Source: an uncultured bacterium (GTDB lineage: Bacteria > Edwardsbacteria > AC1 > EtOH8). Taken from it: DNA of 60,189 nucleotides. Location of the stretch: positions 1-60,189 of the forward strand of contig CAWAAX010000005.1 of the NCBI GenBank assembly GCA_963780225.1, given 5' to 3'. Below are positions 41,514-51,677 of the stretch, piece by piece. Position 1 is the stretch's first letter. Every line of letters starts with the position of its first letter. The position numbers were made by a program, and so were the translations under genes. The notes below the pieces were generated by a model that was not told where the DNA came from, ran no database searches, and worked only from the letters and a program-made list of their open reading frames with translations.

Positions 41514-42866
41514 ATGTGCGGAGTCTGCGGAATATTCAACCACGAAAAGGCCTCGGAGGTGCTTTACCTGGGTCTTTTCTCCCTGCAGCACCGGGGCCAG
41601 GACAACGCCGGGATGGCGGTGTGGGACGGCCAGCAGTCCAGGATAGTCAAGGACAAGGGGCTGGTGTTCGACATCTTTAAGCCCGGGGTGCTGGCCGAGC
41701 TTAAGGGCAGGATGGGAATAGGCCATACCAGGTATCCCACCGCCGGAGACAGCTCCATCGCCAACGCCCAGCCCCATTACGCCGAGACCAAGGAAGGCCG
41801 GATGGTGATCGTCTCCAACGGCGACATCACCAACATGCTGGAGCAGACCCGCTACCTGAAGTCCCAGGGCTTCACCCCCTACGGATCCAACGATGCCGAA
41901 GTGATCGTGGCCAGCATTGCCTGTTACTATGAGCAGGAGCGCGACATGGCCAAGGCCGTTAAAAGAATGATGGAGACCGTGCTGGGCAGTTATTCGGCCA
42001 TCCTGATGTTCCAGGGCACCATGTATGTCTTTCGCGATCCGCTGGGCATCCGTCCTTTGGCCATGGGGCGCAAGGGGGCGACCAGAATATTTGCCTCCGA
42101 AAGCTGCGCCATAGACACCATCGGCGGCATTTTTGAACGCGAAGTGACCCCCGGAGAACTTTTGACCGTCACCGACCAGGGGGTGGAGAGCCGGATACTG
42201 ATAGATGCCAAGCCTTATAAACACTGCGTTTTTGAACATATCTATTTCTCCAGACCCGACAGCGTGATCTTCGGCGAAAGCGTGGCCAAAAAACGGTTCA
42301 TGATGGGCCAGCGCCTGGCCAGCGAGCAGTACACCGGGGCCGATTTCGTGATGCCGGTGCCCGATTCCTCCAACAACGCCGCTTTGGGCTTTGCCGAGGA
42401 GAACGGCATACCGTACAAGCTGGCCCTGATCCGCAGCCACTACATCGGGCGGACCTTCATCGGCTCCACCCAGGAGATCCGGGATTTTGCCGTTCGTTTG
42501 AAGTTCAACCCGGTCAAAAGCATCGTGGTCGGCAAGAAAGCCGCGGTGGTGGACGACTCCATAGTCAGGGGGACCACCTCCAAGAAGATAATGGGGATGA
42601 TCCGGGAGGCCGGGGCCGAACAGATCCATCTGAGGATCGCCTCGCCGCCCATCAAACACCCCTGCTTTTACGGGGTGGATACCCCCCGGATCAGCGAACT
42701 GATAGCCTCCACCAAGTCGGTGGAGGAGATCCGGGAGTTTGTGGGGGTGGAGAGCCTTAATTACCTGACATTGGCCGGACTTAAATCCTGCCTGGAAAGG
42801 CCCCAGGACTTTTGTTTCGCCTGTCTGGATGGGAAGTACCCGATAGATCCGCCATCTACCAAGTAA
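41514..42866 (+). CDS. purF: Amidophosphoribosyltransferase
   Basis: MCG N-terminus, LQHRGQ, GHTRY, VDDSIVRGTT. Confidence 0.97.
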   Translation: MCGVCGIFNHEKASEVLYLGLFSLQHRGQDNAGMAVWDGQQSRIVKDKGLVFDIFKPGVLAELKGRMGIGHTRYPTAGDSSIANAQPHYAETKEGRMVIVSNGDITNMLEQTRYLKSQGFTPYGSNDAEVIVASIACYYEQERDMAKAVKRMMETVLGSYSAILMFQGTMYVFRDPLGIRPLAMGRKGATRIFASESCAIDTIGGIFEREVTPGELLTVTDQGVESRILIDAKPYKHCVFEHIYFSRPDSVIFGESVAKKRFMMGQRLASEQYTGADFVMPVPDSSNNAALGFAEENGIPYKLALIRSHYIGRTFIGSTQEIRDFAVRLKFNPVKSIVVGKKAAVVDDSIVRGTTSKKIMGMIREAGAEQIHLRIASPPIKHPCFYGVDTPRISELIASTKSVEEIREFVGVESLNYLTLAGLKSCLERPQDFCFACLDGKYPIDPPSTK

Positions 42867-42927
42867 ATAGAAACTCGTTATTCGTTAATCGGGGCTGTCC
42901 GGCGGGGTACTCTTATTGCCACGACTT

Positions 42928-43393
42928 ATTGCCACGACCTTAAGGTCGTGGCAGGCAATCTAATGAAACCCGATGGGCTTCTTCCTCCGCTAAAGCTTCC
43001 GCCTTCGCAACTGCTGCGGCGGACAGGTCGGAGGATAAATTAGCCCCAGAGAGAACACGAAGCGCCACCGCTGTAGCTAGTGCCACCGCTAAAAGCTATG
43101 GCACTCGAGGCAGCCAATTGAAAGCGAAAGCGGAAGGGCGCACGCTTGCGTGCCGAAACAGCTGCCGTGAATAGATACTACAGCGTGCAGGCACGGGGCA
43201 GTAAATATAACAGCTTAAGCGGTTGGTGCTTGAAGAAGCCCTGCTAAAAGCGGAAGAGGAAGAGGAAGAGGAAGAGGAAGAGGAAGAGGAAGAGATCACT
43301 ATGTCGTCTATATGGGCATGTGGATTCGTCATCTGGGGTTGAAACCCCAAGAGATTTTTTTATCTTCAACCACGAGCTAAAGCTCGTGGCAAT
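42928..43393. mobile_element. Non-autonomous hairpin-ended (REP/IS200-IS605-like) element with several nested insertions
   Basis: Terminal inverted repeats attgccacga...tcgtggcaat, each end itself a hairpin; internal gggctt|tagccc split by an insertion. Confidence 0.6.
43253..43294 (+). repeat. (GAAGAG)7 simple sequence repeat
   Basis: Seven perfect copies counted. Confidence 0.95.
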
Positions 43394-43570
43394 GCAATGG
43401 AATGATTAGCCTAGTTAATTGCCGTTAGTTCATGCATAAAGCGGGCCAAGTATTTCAATTTCAACTGTCCATGCCAGATAAAAAATAAAATAATGCAAAT
43501 TATTTTATGAAACTATTGACTTTAAAATAAAAATGTGGTTATATAATAAAAAGAAGGAGAAGTATCCAAG

Positions 43571-44905
43571 ATGTCAAAATTCAAAAGTCTGATTATCATG
43601 TTCCTTTTGGCCGCTTGTGTTCCGGCCTTGGTTTGGGCGGGCGGACAGAGTTATAATTACTATGAGGCCGGGCTGGCATATATGAAGAAAACCCAGTGGG
43701 ACCGGGCCATTGACGAGTTCAAGAGCGCAGTTTCCCTGGAATTCACCGACCGGCCGAATTTCAAGACCTACGGCATGCATTTCATTGACTATTTCCCCCA
43801 CAGGGAGATGGCCATCTGCTACTACAACCTGGGCGACCTGAAAAAGGCCAAAAAGGAGATGGAGCTTTCCATGGCCTTTAAATCCACCGGACGGTCCAAG
43901 GATTACTGGGCTAAGATAAGCCAGGGCGAAGCCCCGCCAACCACGGTGGCCTCCAGGGCCGAAGACGAAAACCTGGCCCGGGAAAGGGCCCGGCTGGATG
44001 CCGAGAAAAAGCGCATAGCCGAAGAGCAGGCGGCCCTGGATGCCCGTAAAAGGGATATGAGCGCCGAAGCGGCCCGCAAGGCGGCCGAAGAGGAATTGAA
44101 GCTGGCCGCTCAGCGCGACAGCATCGAGCGGGCCGAGCGCCAGCACCAGGCCGTGGCCCTGGACAAGGGCAAACTGCCGGTGGGGGCCCTGACCTACGAT
44201 CCCTCCCGGGTCACCCAGGTCGGTTCCCGGCTGTCCATCGCGGTGCTGCCGTTCGACAACCGGAGCGGCAATGCCGAGATAACCAACACCGTCCAGGACA
44301 AGATGATCACCTCGCTGTACAGCCTTAAAAGGTTCAAGATCATCGAAAGGTCCCAGATCGACAAGGTGATGACCGAACAGAAACTGGGAATGACCGGGGC
44401 TCTGGACCCGGCCAAGGCGGTGAAGGCCGGCAAGATACTGGGAGTTGATGCCATTCTGATGGGCTCCATTTCCTCCACCGCCACCGGGATCGGCATGGAT
44501 GCCCGGCTGATAGATACCGAAAGCAGTGGCGTGATCACCGCCAAGGACGCCTACAGCGGCCAGAATACCCTGCAAGACATCAAGACCATGGCCACCGACA
44601 TCTCCATCCAGATATACAACGACATCCCGCTGGTGGAAGGCTACGTCATCAAGTCCAACCCCACCGGAGAGGTGTTTTTGGACATCGGCACCGCCAAGGG
44701 CATGCGTAAGGGAATGAAGGTGGTGGTTTACAAGGAAGGCGAGGAGATCAAGCACCCGGTTACCGGCGAGATCCTGGGCAAGCAGGTGACCAAGGTGGGC
44801 GAACTGCTTTTGACCGAGGTTCAGGAAAAAATGTCCGAGGCTCAGATACTGGAGAAGGAAGCCGGGCAGACCCTGGCCGTGGGCCAAAAAGTAGTGGCCA
44901 AGTAG
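43571..44905 (+). CDS. Secreted TPR, coiled coil, CsgG-like and FlgT C-terminal-like domain protein
   Basis: Signal peptide; IAVLPF, RFKIIERSQIDKV, GKILGVDAIL; DIGTAKGMRKG...HPVTGEILG. Confidence 0.8.
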   Translation: MSKFKSLIIMFLLAACVPALVWAGGQSYNYYEAGLAYMKKTQWDRAIDEFKSAVSLEFTDRPNFKTYGMHFIDYFPHREMAICYYNLGDLKKAKKEMELSMAFKSTGRSKDYWAKISQGEAPPTTVASRAEDENLARERARLDAEKKRIAEEQAALDARKRDMSAEAARKAAEEELKLAAQRDSIERAERQHQAVALDKGKLPVGALTYDPSRVTQVGSRLSIAVLPFDNRSGNAEITNTVQDKMITSLYSLKRFKIIERSQIDKVMTEQKLGMTGALDPAKAVKAGKILGVDAILMGSISSTATGIGMDARLIDTESSGVITAKDAYSGQNTLQDIKTMATDISIQIYNDIPLVEGYVIKSNPTGEVFLDIGTAKGMRKGMKVVVYKEGEEIKHPVTGEILGKQVTKVGELLLTEVQEKMSEAQILEKEAGQTLAVGQKVVAK

Positions 44906-45069
44906 GAGGGCTTGGAAGTTTAGAAAATGCGAAGTTGAGAGGATGAGAAGATAAAAAGTCATTTTGGGAACGCAGATATTTGATGAAAAAAGCAATCCGT
45001 TAAAAGGCAAGTGTGGTGGCCGAGTACTTATAACGTAAACAAAACAAACCCAAAACAAAAGGAGAAAAA

Positions 45070-46383
45070 ATGCGTAAAGTTGGTCTGGTATTAGCCCTGC
45101 TGGTTGCTGGGGCTGGTATTGCAACCGCACAATTTAGCGTACTACCGCTTGATTATAACATATTAGGTGGTGGGGCAAGGGCCCACGGAATGGGAGGGGC
45201 ATTTATTGGTTTAGCCGATGATGCTACAGCCACTTCATGGAATCCTGCCGGTATTGCACAATTAGACAAAATGGAAGCTTCAGCAGTTGGTAGTTTTGCT
45301 CTAAAAAAATACACTTTTGAAATTGACATCAATGATCCTACAATTCCCCTAATCGCGAATGAGTCGTTTACGTCAAACTCAAATCATATTGCACCAAATT
45401 TTTTCAGTTTTGCAGTGCCTGTGAAAATCATGAACGGTCAAAATAATCTTGTATTCGCAATTGCCTACCAACGGCTTATAGATTTTGGATATGACTATGA
45501 AGAGGATTCAACAACTTACAATTGGACATATACAGTACGGGGTGGAATCGATGCCATCTCACCTGCGGTTGCTTTACAATTAACCCCAAAAATTATGATC
45601 GGCGCCGCCGGAAATATAATCGTCAATGGTTTAACCCACAATTCGGTGACGACCAGCAAGACGAGTAGCTATACATATGATTATGAGAGAAAGTATGAAA
45701 GTTCAGGGTTTAACATCAATGCCGGGACCTTGATTCAGGTCAGTAAGAATTTGAATATTGGAGCAACGGTACGGCTACCGTTCACAATAACCGATGAATA
45801 TAGCACACACACAGAAGAAACTAGTTATGCGGACTTCGATACAACTTACCCCGATCAAAAAACAACTTACCCCCTGATGATAGGTGTTGGTCTGGCATTC
45901 AAACCGACCGAAAAACTGACTATTGCTGCCGATTATGAGCGCAGGAACTACTCTACTTCAGAATTCACATGGCAATACTACAACAGCTACGGGCAAATAG
46001 TTGACACTACCGAAAATAAAGGATGGCGGGATATCAATCAGTTCCGAGTAGGAATTGAGTACGTATTTGTAGGCTCCAATGCGGTATTTCCCATTCGTCT
46101 TGGTTTCAGGACAGCACCTTTAGTCACGCAGTCAGATGTCGAAAACACTATTGATGCTTCGACCTTTAACATCACTAATAGTGATTCTGCCGGCATAACC
46201 GGGATGGTATTTACAGGTGGATTTGGAATGAAATTCGGGAATATTTGGTTAGACCTTGCTTACGAATACGGCAAATCAGATGTTTATAGGTGGGTGGGTA
46301 ACTATTCTGACAATTCTGTATACAAATACTCCATTGCGGAAAATAATAGTAACATAATCGCTTCCTGTATTGTACATTTCTAA
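45070..46383 (+). CDS. OmpP1/FadL-like outer-membrane beta-barrel
   Basis: GARAHGMGGAFIGLADDATATSWNPAG; C-terminal Phe. Confidence 0.85.
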   Translation: MRKVGLVLALLVAGAGIATAQFSVLPLDYNILGGGARAHGMGGAFIGLADDATATSWNPAGIAQLDKMEASAVGSFALKKYTFEIDINDPTIPLIANESFTSNSNHIAPNFFSFAVPVKIMNGQNNLVFAIAYQRLIDFGYDYEEDSTTYNWTYTVRGGIDAISPAVALQLTPKIMIGAAGNIIVNGLTHNSVTTSKTSSYTYDYERKYESSGFNINAGTLIQVSKNLNIGATVRLPFTITDEYSTHTEETSYADFDTTYPDQKTTYPLMIGVGLAFKPTEKLTIAADYERRNYSTSEFTWQYYNSYGQIVDTTENKGWRDINQFRVGIEYVFVGSNAVFPIRLGFRTAPLVTQSDVENTIDASTFNITNSDSAGITGMVFTGGFGMKFGNIWLDLAYEYGKSDVYRWVGNYSDNSVYKYSIAENNSNIIASCIVHF

Positions 46384-46507
46384 TTTCCCCAATGTAATAA
46401 CTAAATAAATATTTTATTGACAGGAGGTGGTGGCCTTTTAATTCATTGAACCCTGATATTTTGCTTTAGCAATTTTTGGTAAATCAAATATAAGGAGCAA
46501 ATTTTAA

Positions 46508-47341
46508 ATGTTTAAGAAAACTTTGGCCTTGCTGGCCATACTTGGCTTTGCCTCTCTGGCTTTGGCCCAGGTGGAACAGAACATCCAGGGCGCCGGCATG
46601 GTGGACTGGACCGACCAGTCGGTCAAATCCACCGGCATCGGGGCCCTTAATCCCAAGCTTCCGCCCTCGGCCCAGCGCAAGAACGCCCTGCGGGCAGCCC
46701 AGCTTGACGCCATGCGCAACATGATCGAGACCCTCAACGGCGTGCTGCTGACCTCCGAGACCACGGTGGAGAACGCCATGATGAGCTCCGACATCATCAA
46801 GACCCAGGTGGAAGGCATCGTCAAGAACTTCCGCTTTACCTCCAAGCCCCGTTACATGTCGGATGGCTCGGTGGAAGTGGACATGGAGATGCTTTTAACC
46901 GGCAAGGTGGGCGATGTGCTTTATCCCGAACAGATGGGCGGCAAGACCCCCACCTACCAGAACCTGCCCTCCACCTTCAATGCCCAGGAGCCCCAGACCT
47001 ACACCGGCCTGATCATAGATGGTTCTTCCACTGATGCTATGCCGGCCATGGTGCCCAACATCCTGGATGAATCGGGCGAGGGAATCTACGGGGAAGATTT
47101 CGTTCCCCGGGAATCAGCCGTCAAGAACGGCGTGGTGGTCTACGCCAAGACCATGGAAGAGGCCCGAGCCAATGCCGCCCGGGTGGGCAGCAATCCACTG
47201 GTGGTCAAGGCCGTCAAATCCTCGGGGCTTAACAAAGCCGACCTGATCATCTCCGACAACGACGTACAGAATGTGGCGGTGATCGCCGACAACACCGACA
47301 TCTACGACAACTGCCGGGTGATCATAGTCCTGAAACAGTAA
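46508..47341 (+). CDS. LPP20-like secreted protein
   Basis: Signal peptide; ALRAAQLDAMRN, TGLIIDG, GSNPLVVKA. Confidence 0.65.
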   Translation: MFKKTLALLAILGFASLALAQVEQNIQGAGMVDWTDQSVKSTGIGALNPKLPPSAQRKNALRAAQLDAMRNMIETLNGVLLTSETTVENAMMSSDIIKTQVEGIVKNFRFTSKPRYMSDGSVEVDMEMLLTGKVGDVLYPEQMGGKTPTYQNLPSTFNAQEPQTYTGLIIDGSSTDAMPAMVPNILDESGEGIYGEDFVPRESAVKNGVVVYAKTMEEARANAARVGSNPLVVKAVKSSGLNKADLIISDNDVQNVAVIADNTDIYDNCRVIIVLKQ

Positions 47342-47349
47342 CCTCTTTT

Positions 47350-47444
47350 TTGTCATTCTGAGGTTAGCCCTATTGCTCCGCTTCCGAAGAATCCACAGAT
47401 TATCCTTCGGCTTGCTAAACAAGAAGCTATTCTCAGGATGACAA
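47350..47444. repeat. GTCATTCTGAG...CTCAGGATGAC REP-like hairpin
   Basis: ttgtcattctgag...gaagaatcc...atccttcggc...ctcaggatgacaa inverted arms. Confidence 0.8.
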
Positions 47445-47660
47445 TGCATAAAAGGGAGAGCGAGCCTTTTAAAAGGAAATTTTTTAAAACGCCGTTCTCC
47501 CTTTTGACTGTTGGCTTGTATAACCCCACCCCTCCCTCCCCCCTCATAGCCACCATAAAAGCGTATCTTGGGGCAGGCTCTCGAGGGGAGGGGGAAAGGG
47601 AGAGGTTCATGTGATCAAAAGACATGATATTATTAACTACGAAAGGACTCCATATACAAA

Positions 47661-48830
47661 ATGAAAAAAATATTATACTTTAGCCTGGCTCTTCTGATGT
47701 TCTCCGGCCTGGCGGCAGCCCAGGAGGCAACGCAAACCATCACCACCGATGGCGCCGCTTCGGTATTGAACGGCGACAAGGCCCAGGCCCGGGATGTGGC
47801 CATCCAGGATGCCCTGCGCAACGCGGTGGAGCAGGTGACCGGGGCGGTGATCAGCTCCAATACCATAGTGGAGAACGCCATGGTGGTGGAGGACAACATC
47901 TATTCCAAAGCCAAGGGCTACATCAAGAACTATTCCATAATCAGCGAGGGCGAGGCCGACGGCGGCTTAAGCTACAACGTCAAAGTCAAGGCCTTGGTGC
48001 GTTCCGGCGCCATCAAGGAGGACATGGCCGACATCATCCGCGGCGCCGGCAATCCCAAGCTGATGGTGCTGATCACCGAAAGCAACGTGGGGAGTTCGGC
48101 CATCGGCGGGATAGACGCCCAGCTGGGCACGGCCGAAAACACCATCATAGAAACCATGCGCAACAAGGGGTTTGACTTTGTGGATCCCGAGACCGCCGAG
48201 AAGAGCATCCGCCGGGACAAGGCCCTGGCGGCTTTGGACGGGGACGCCCAGGCGGCGGCCTTCATTGGGGAACGGGCCGGGGCCGAGGTGATCATCACCG
48301 GAAAATCCTTTGCCAAGGAGGCCACGGTGGCCAACGACATGCTGGGCGGGATGAAGTCCATCCAGGCCACGGTCTCGGTCAAAGCCTTTAACACCGACGA
48401 CGGACGGATCCTGGTGTCCAAGGTGGAGACCGGGCGGGCGGTGCACATCGAGGAGATCACCGGCGGCACCAAGGCCATTGAACAGGCCTCCGCCAAGCTG
48501 GCCGATTATCTGGCCGAAGAGATCGTCAAGAAATTCGCCCGGGGCGGAAACACCGTCACCCTGAACGTTACCGGGGCCTCAAATTACGACCTGTACCAGG
48601 AGCTGGTCAACGTCCTGAAATACGAGGTCCGGGGGGTCAAGGCGGTCAATGACCGGGAGATCACCGGCAACACCGGCTTGGTGGAGGTGGAGACCAAATT
48701 CAACAGCAGCCAGCTGGCCCAGGAACTGCTTTACAAGAATTTCACCAAATTTTCGGTTAAGATACTGAGCCGGACCGCCAACCGCATCAACCTCAGGCTG
48801 ACGGCCAAAAAGGTCCGGCCGGCAAACTAA
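47661..48830 (+). CDS. FlgT N-terminal-like secreted protein
   Basis: Signal peptide; ARDVAIQDALRNAVEQVTG, GYIKNY; CsgG-like middle domain. Confidence 0.7.
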   Translation: MKKILYFSLALLMFSGLAAAQEATQTITTDGAASVLNGDKAQARDVAIQDALRNAVEQVTGAVISSNTIVENAMVVEDNIYSKAKGYIKNYSIISEGEADGGLSYNVKVKALVRSGAIKEDMADIIRGAGNPKLMVLITESNVGSSAIGGIDAQLGTAENTIIETMRNKGFDFVDPETAEKSIRRDKALAALDGDAQAAAFIGERAGAEVIITGKSFAKEATVANDMLGGMKSIQATVSVKAFNTDDGRILVSKVETGRAVHIEEITGGTKAIEQASAKLADYLAEEIVKKFARGGNTVTLNVTGASNYDLYQELVNVLKYEVRGVKAVNDREITGNTGLVEVETKFNSSQLAQELLYKNFTKFSVKILSRTANRINLRLTAKKVRPAN

Positions 48831-48842
48831 CAATAAGGGAGA

Positions 48843-49625
48843 ATGAAGATGTCCGGAATCAATAAAAACAACGCCGGCCTGCTGTGGCTGCTGGCCGCGG
48901 TTTTGCTGGTCAGTCTGACGGTCACCACAGTCCAGCTTACCGCCAAGGCCACCCCGGTGGCCAAGGTATCCTTCGTGGTGGGCGACGTCAAGACCCAGAA
49001 GCCGGAGAAGAACGACTGGAAAAAAGTAACCTTTGACCAGCCCCTGGCCGCCGGGGAAAAGGTCAAGAGCACCGAGGACGCCCGGGCCGAGATAGCTTTT
49101 TCGGACGGCAGCATCATCCGGGTGGACGCCAACACCCAGCTGGCCATTGACGAGCTGAAGAAGGACTCCAAGAAGGGGCTGACGGCCACGGGCAAGGTCT
49201 GGAGCGGCAAGGTCTGGGCCAACGTCAACAAGGTCAGCAAGAAGAGCAAATTCGAGTTGGAATCGCCCACTGCGGTGGCCGCGGTCCGGGGCACGATCTA
49301 CCGGATGTCGGTGATGCCCGACAGCAGCACCAAAGTGGCAGTATACCAGGGCGAGGTCAAGGTGGTGGTCAACCCCGACTTCTTTGCCAACCAGAAGAAG
49401 AAGCAGGGCGGCCGGGAAGGGGAGATTGAGGGCCCGCAGGAGATAGCCGGACCGGTGGAGGTCAAGCTGGAGCAGTGGGTTCAGATCGTCAAAGCTCAGA
49501 TGGAAATCACCATCAATGCCGACGGCACCTATGGCATAGTCAACTTCAATCCTATTATTGACAGCCAGGACGAATGGGTCCGCTGGAACCAGGAACGCGA
49601 TATGAAACTGGGACGCAAACAATAG
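48843..49625 (+). CDS. FecR-domain protein
   Basis: FSDGSIIRV, SPTAVAAVRGT, VAVYQGEV. Confidence 0.85.
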   Translation: MKMSGINKNNAGLLWLLAAVLLVSLTVTTVQLTAKATPVAKVSFVVGDVKTQKPEKNDWKKVTFDQPLAAGEKVKSTEDARAEIAFSDGSIIRVDANTQLAIDELKKDSKKGLTATGKVWSGKVWANVNKVSKKSKFELESPTAVAAVRGTIYRMSVMPDSSTKVAVYQGEVKVVVNPDFFANQKKKQGGREGEIEGPQEIAGPVEVKLEQWVQIVKAQMEITINADGTYGIVNFNPIIDSQDEWVRWNQERDMKLGRKQ

Positions 49626-49749
49626 ATATGCCACTCCGCCAAAGGCGGACCCGCCTATATGAGCCTTCTTGCGGTGGCGGGAGAGACACAGAGCTTTTCA
49701 ACCTTTGCGTTCTTTGCGTCTTGGCGGTTAAATAATAACGGAGAGCTTA

Positions 49750-50751
49750 ATGAAGAAATTTCTGGCATTGTCTGCAGTCATTGTTCTGGCTGTTGTTTCC
49801 TGCGGACCGGTGTTGGTGGCCATCCGCCGGACCGAAAAACCCCGGCTGGAGATCCCGGCCATCAAGCGGGTGGCGGTGGTAGACTTCGTCGATCCCTACA
49901 ACCGCAACCTGGGTCCGGGAGTGGGCAATGTGCTGGTCTCCAAGCTGGCCGAGCAGGGATATTACGAGATGTTGGAGAGGGAGAAGATCAATTCGGTGAT
50001 GTCCGAGCACAAGTTCAACCTGACCGGGGCGGTGGACCCCAATACTGTCAAGGAGCTGGGCGGCCTGCTGGGGGTAGACGCCATCATCACCGGCGAGATA
50101 CTCGCCTACAGGGTGGAGACCTCCCGGCGGACCGAGAAGGTAGAGCGCAAGGAGGGCACCGGCCGCTACGAAGAGGTGTTCAAAAAGAAACCCTTCAGCG
50201 ACAAGACCTACAAGGTCAAAGAGGAGATCATGAAAACTGTGCTGGTGGACGAGGAACGGACCACTAAGAGCGGGACGGTTTCCATCAACTACCGCCTGAT
50301 CGACATAGTATCGGGCAAGGTGGTGGCCAGCAAGTCCCAGTCGGCCAGCTATAACAAGTGGTTCAAGGATAACATTCCCGGAGACGACCAGATATTGAGC
50401 GGCCTGCTGAACGAGGTAACCGATGCTTTTGTGAGCGACATCTCCCCACATTATGTCAACGTTGCCAAAAAACTGATCAAGAGCAAGGCCGATCCCAATG
50501 ACATTGGCAGCAAGTATGCCAAGGCCGGAGAATGGCAACGGGCGGCTGAGATATGGGAGCGTTCGGCCTCATCCCTGCCCGGCGATCCGGGGCTGTGGCA
50601 CAACATAGGGGTGGCCTACGAAGCCCTGGGCAGCTATGACAAGGCCCTGGAATCCTACAAGAAAGCCTCTGACCTGGACCCTGCCAATGAAACCTATATT
50701 CAGGATCAGGCCGGTGTACGCAATGCTTACCGCAGGGGACTGGTGCAATAG
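49750..50751 (+). CDS. CsgG-like plus TPR lipoprotein
   Basis: Lipobox VVSC; VAVVDF, LGGLLGVDAIITG; C-terminal TPR (HNIGVAYEALG). Confidence 0.8.
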   Translation: MKKFLALSAVIVLAVVSCGPVLVAIRRTEKPRLEIPAIKRVAVVDFVDPYNRNLGPGVGNVLVSKLAEQGYYEMLEREKINSVMSEHKFNLTGAVDPNTVKELGGLLGVDAIITGEILAYRVETSRRTEKVERKEGTGRYEEVFKKKPFSDKTYKVKEEIMKTVLVDEERTTKSGTVSINYRLIDIVSGKVVASKSQSASYNKWFKDNIPGDDQILSGLLNEVTDAFVSDISPHYVNVAKKLIKSKADPNDIGSKYAKAGEWQRAAEIWERSASSLPGDPGLWHNIGVAYEALGSYDKALESYKKASDLDPANETYIQDQAGVRNAYRRGLVQ

Positions 50752-50773
50752 ATTTATAATGACCTGTTTTCAA

Positions 50774-50804
50774 ACAAAAGGGAGCGTTTTACGCTCCCTT
50801 TTGT
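50774..50804 (+). terminator. Rho-independent terminator
   Basis: acaaaagggagcg-tttta-cgctcccttttgt. Confidence 0.8.
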
Positions 50805-50817
50805 CATTAAAATTAGC

Positions 50818-50846
50818 TTGACTTTCTGGATTTATTATGTTATCAT
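50818..50846 (+). promoter_or_regulatory. Sigma70-type promoter
   Basis: TTGACT-17 bp-TATCAT. Confidence 0.55.
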
Positions 50847-50912
50847 AACCCACTTGCATAATTATAGTTATGTCTCTTAGTTAAAACATCTCTTAAAGTA
50901 AAGATAAAAACC

Positions 50913-51677
50913 ATGCTGTTCCTGCTCAAGAAAATATTAAGCTATACTCTTAATCCGATGACCCTTATCCTGTTTTTTTTGATCTCGGGGTTAATCTTAT
51001 TATGGCGGGAAAAACATAAAAAAGCAGGGCTATGGCTCATTTCGGTGGGAGTTATTGTATTTATTTTTACCGGTTACGGATTGATCGGAAACAGCCTGCT
51101 CAAAGGGTTGGAGCGTAAATATCCATTGTTTGATGACTCCAACGCCACCGGGGCCAAATGGGTGGTGGTGCTGGGTGCGGGCATGACCAGCGATCTTAAA
51201 GTCCCCCTGACCTCACAATTGACCGAGGGCTCGGCCATCCGCACCATAGAAGGCATCAGGATCTGGCGGCAAATTAAGGGATCCAAACTCATCTTCTCCG
51301 GAGGCGCGGTATTTGATACCCAGTCCGAGGCCTATGGAATGGCCGGATTGGCTGGACAACTGGGCATCCCAGATTCTGCGATCAGCCTGGAGGATAAATC
51401 ATTGGATACCGATGATGAGGCCCGATTGGTTAAAGGAATGGTTAAAGGAGATACAGTGGTCCTGGTGACATCGGCCGCCCATATGATGCGTTCGGTTGCC
51501 CTGTTCAGAAAGCAGGGGGTGGCATTAATCCCCGCACCCACCCATTTTCTGGTCAAGGATGAACCAAAATTCAAACCTAACCGGGTGTTCCCCAATTCAG
51601 ACAATATCATAGCGGCCGAGACCCTGTTCCACGAATACCTGGGACTGGCCTGGTCCAAACTCAGAGGAAGGATATGA
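50913..51677 (+). CDS. YdcF/ElyC (DUF218) family protein
   Basis: [32 protein letters not shown]. Confidence 0.9.
   Translation: MLFLLKKILSYTLNPMTLILFFLISGLILLWREKHKKAGLWLISVGVIVFIFTGYGLIGNSLLKGLERKYPLFDDSNATGAKWVVVLGAGMTSDLKVPLTSQLTEGSAIRTIEGIRIWRQIKGSKLIFSGGAVFDTQSEAYGMAGLAGQLGIPDSAISLEDKSLDTDDEARLVKGMVKGDTVVLVTSAAHMMRSVALFRKQGVALIPAPTHFLVKDEPKFKPNRVFPNSDNIIAAETLFHEYLGLAWSKLRGRI

Noticed and set aside
43096..43350. Poly-Ser ORF
   Set aside because: It arises from the (GAAGAG)7 tract inside a non-coding repeat stack.
43574..45130. Long antisense ORFs (this 518-aa one and others such as 6603-7715, 7760-8953, 41487-42659)
   Set aside because: They are shadow frames of GC-rich genes that are well supported on the opposite strand.
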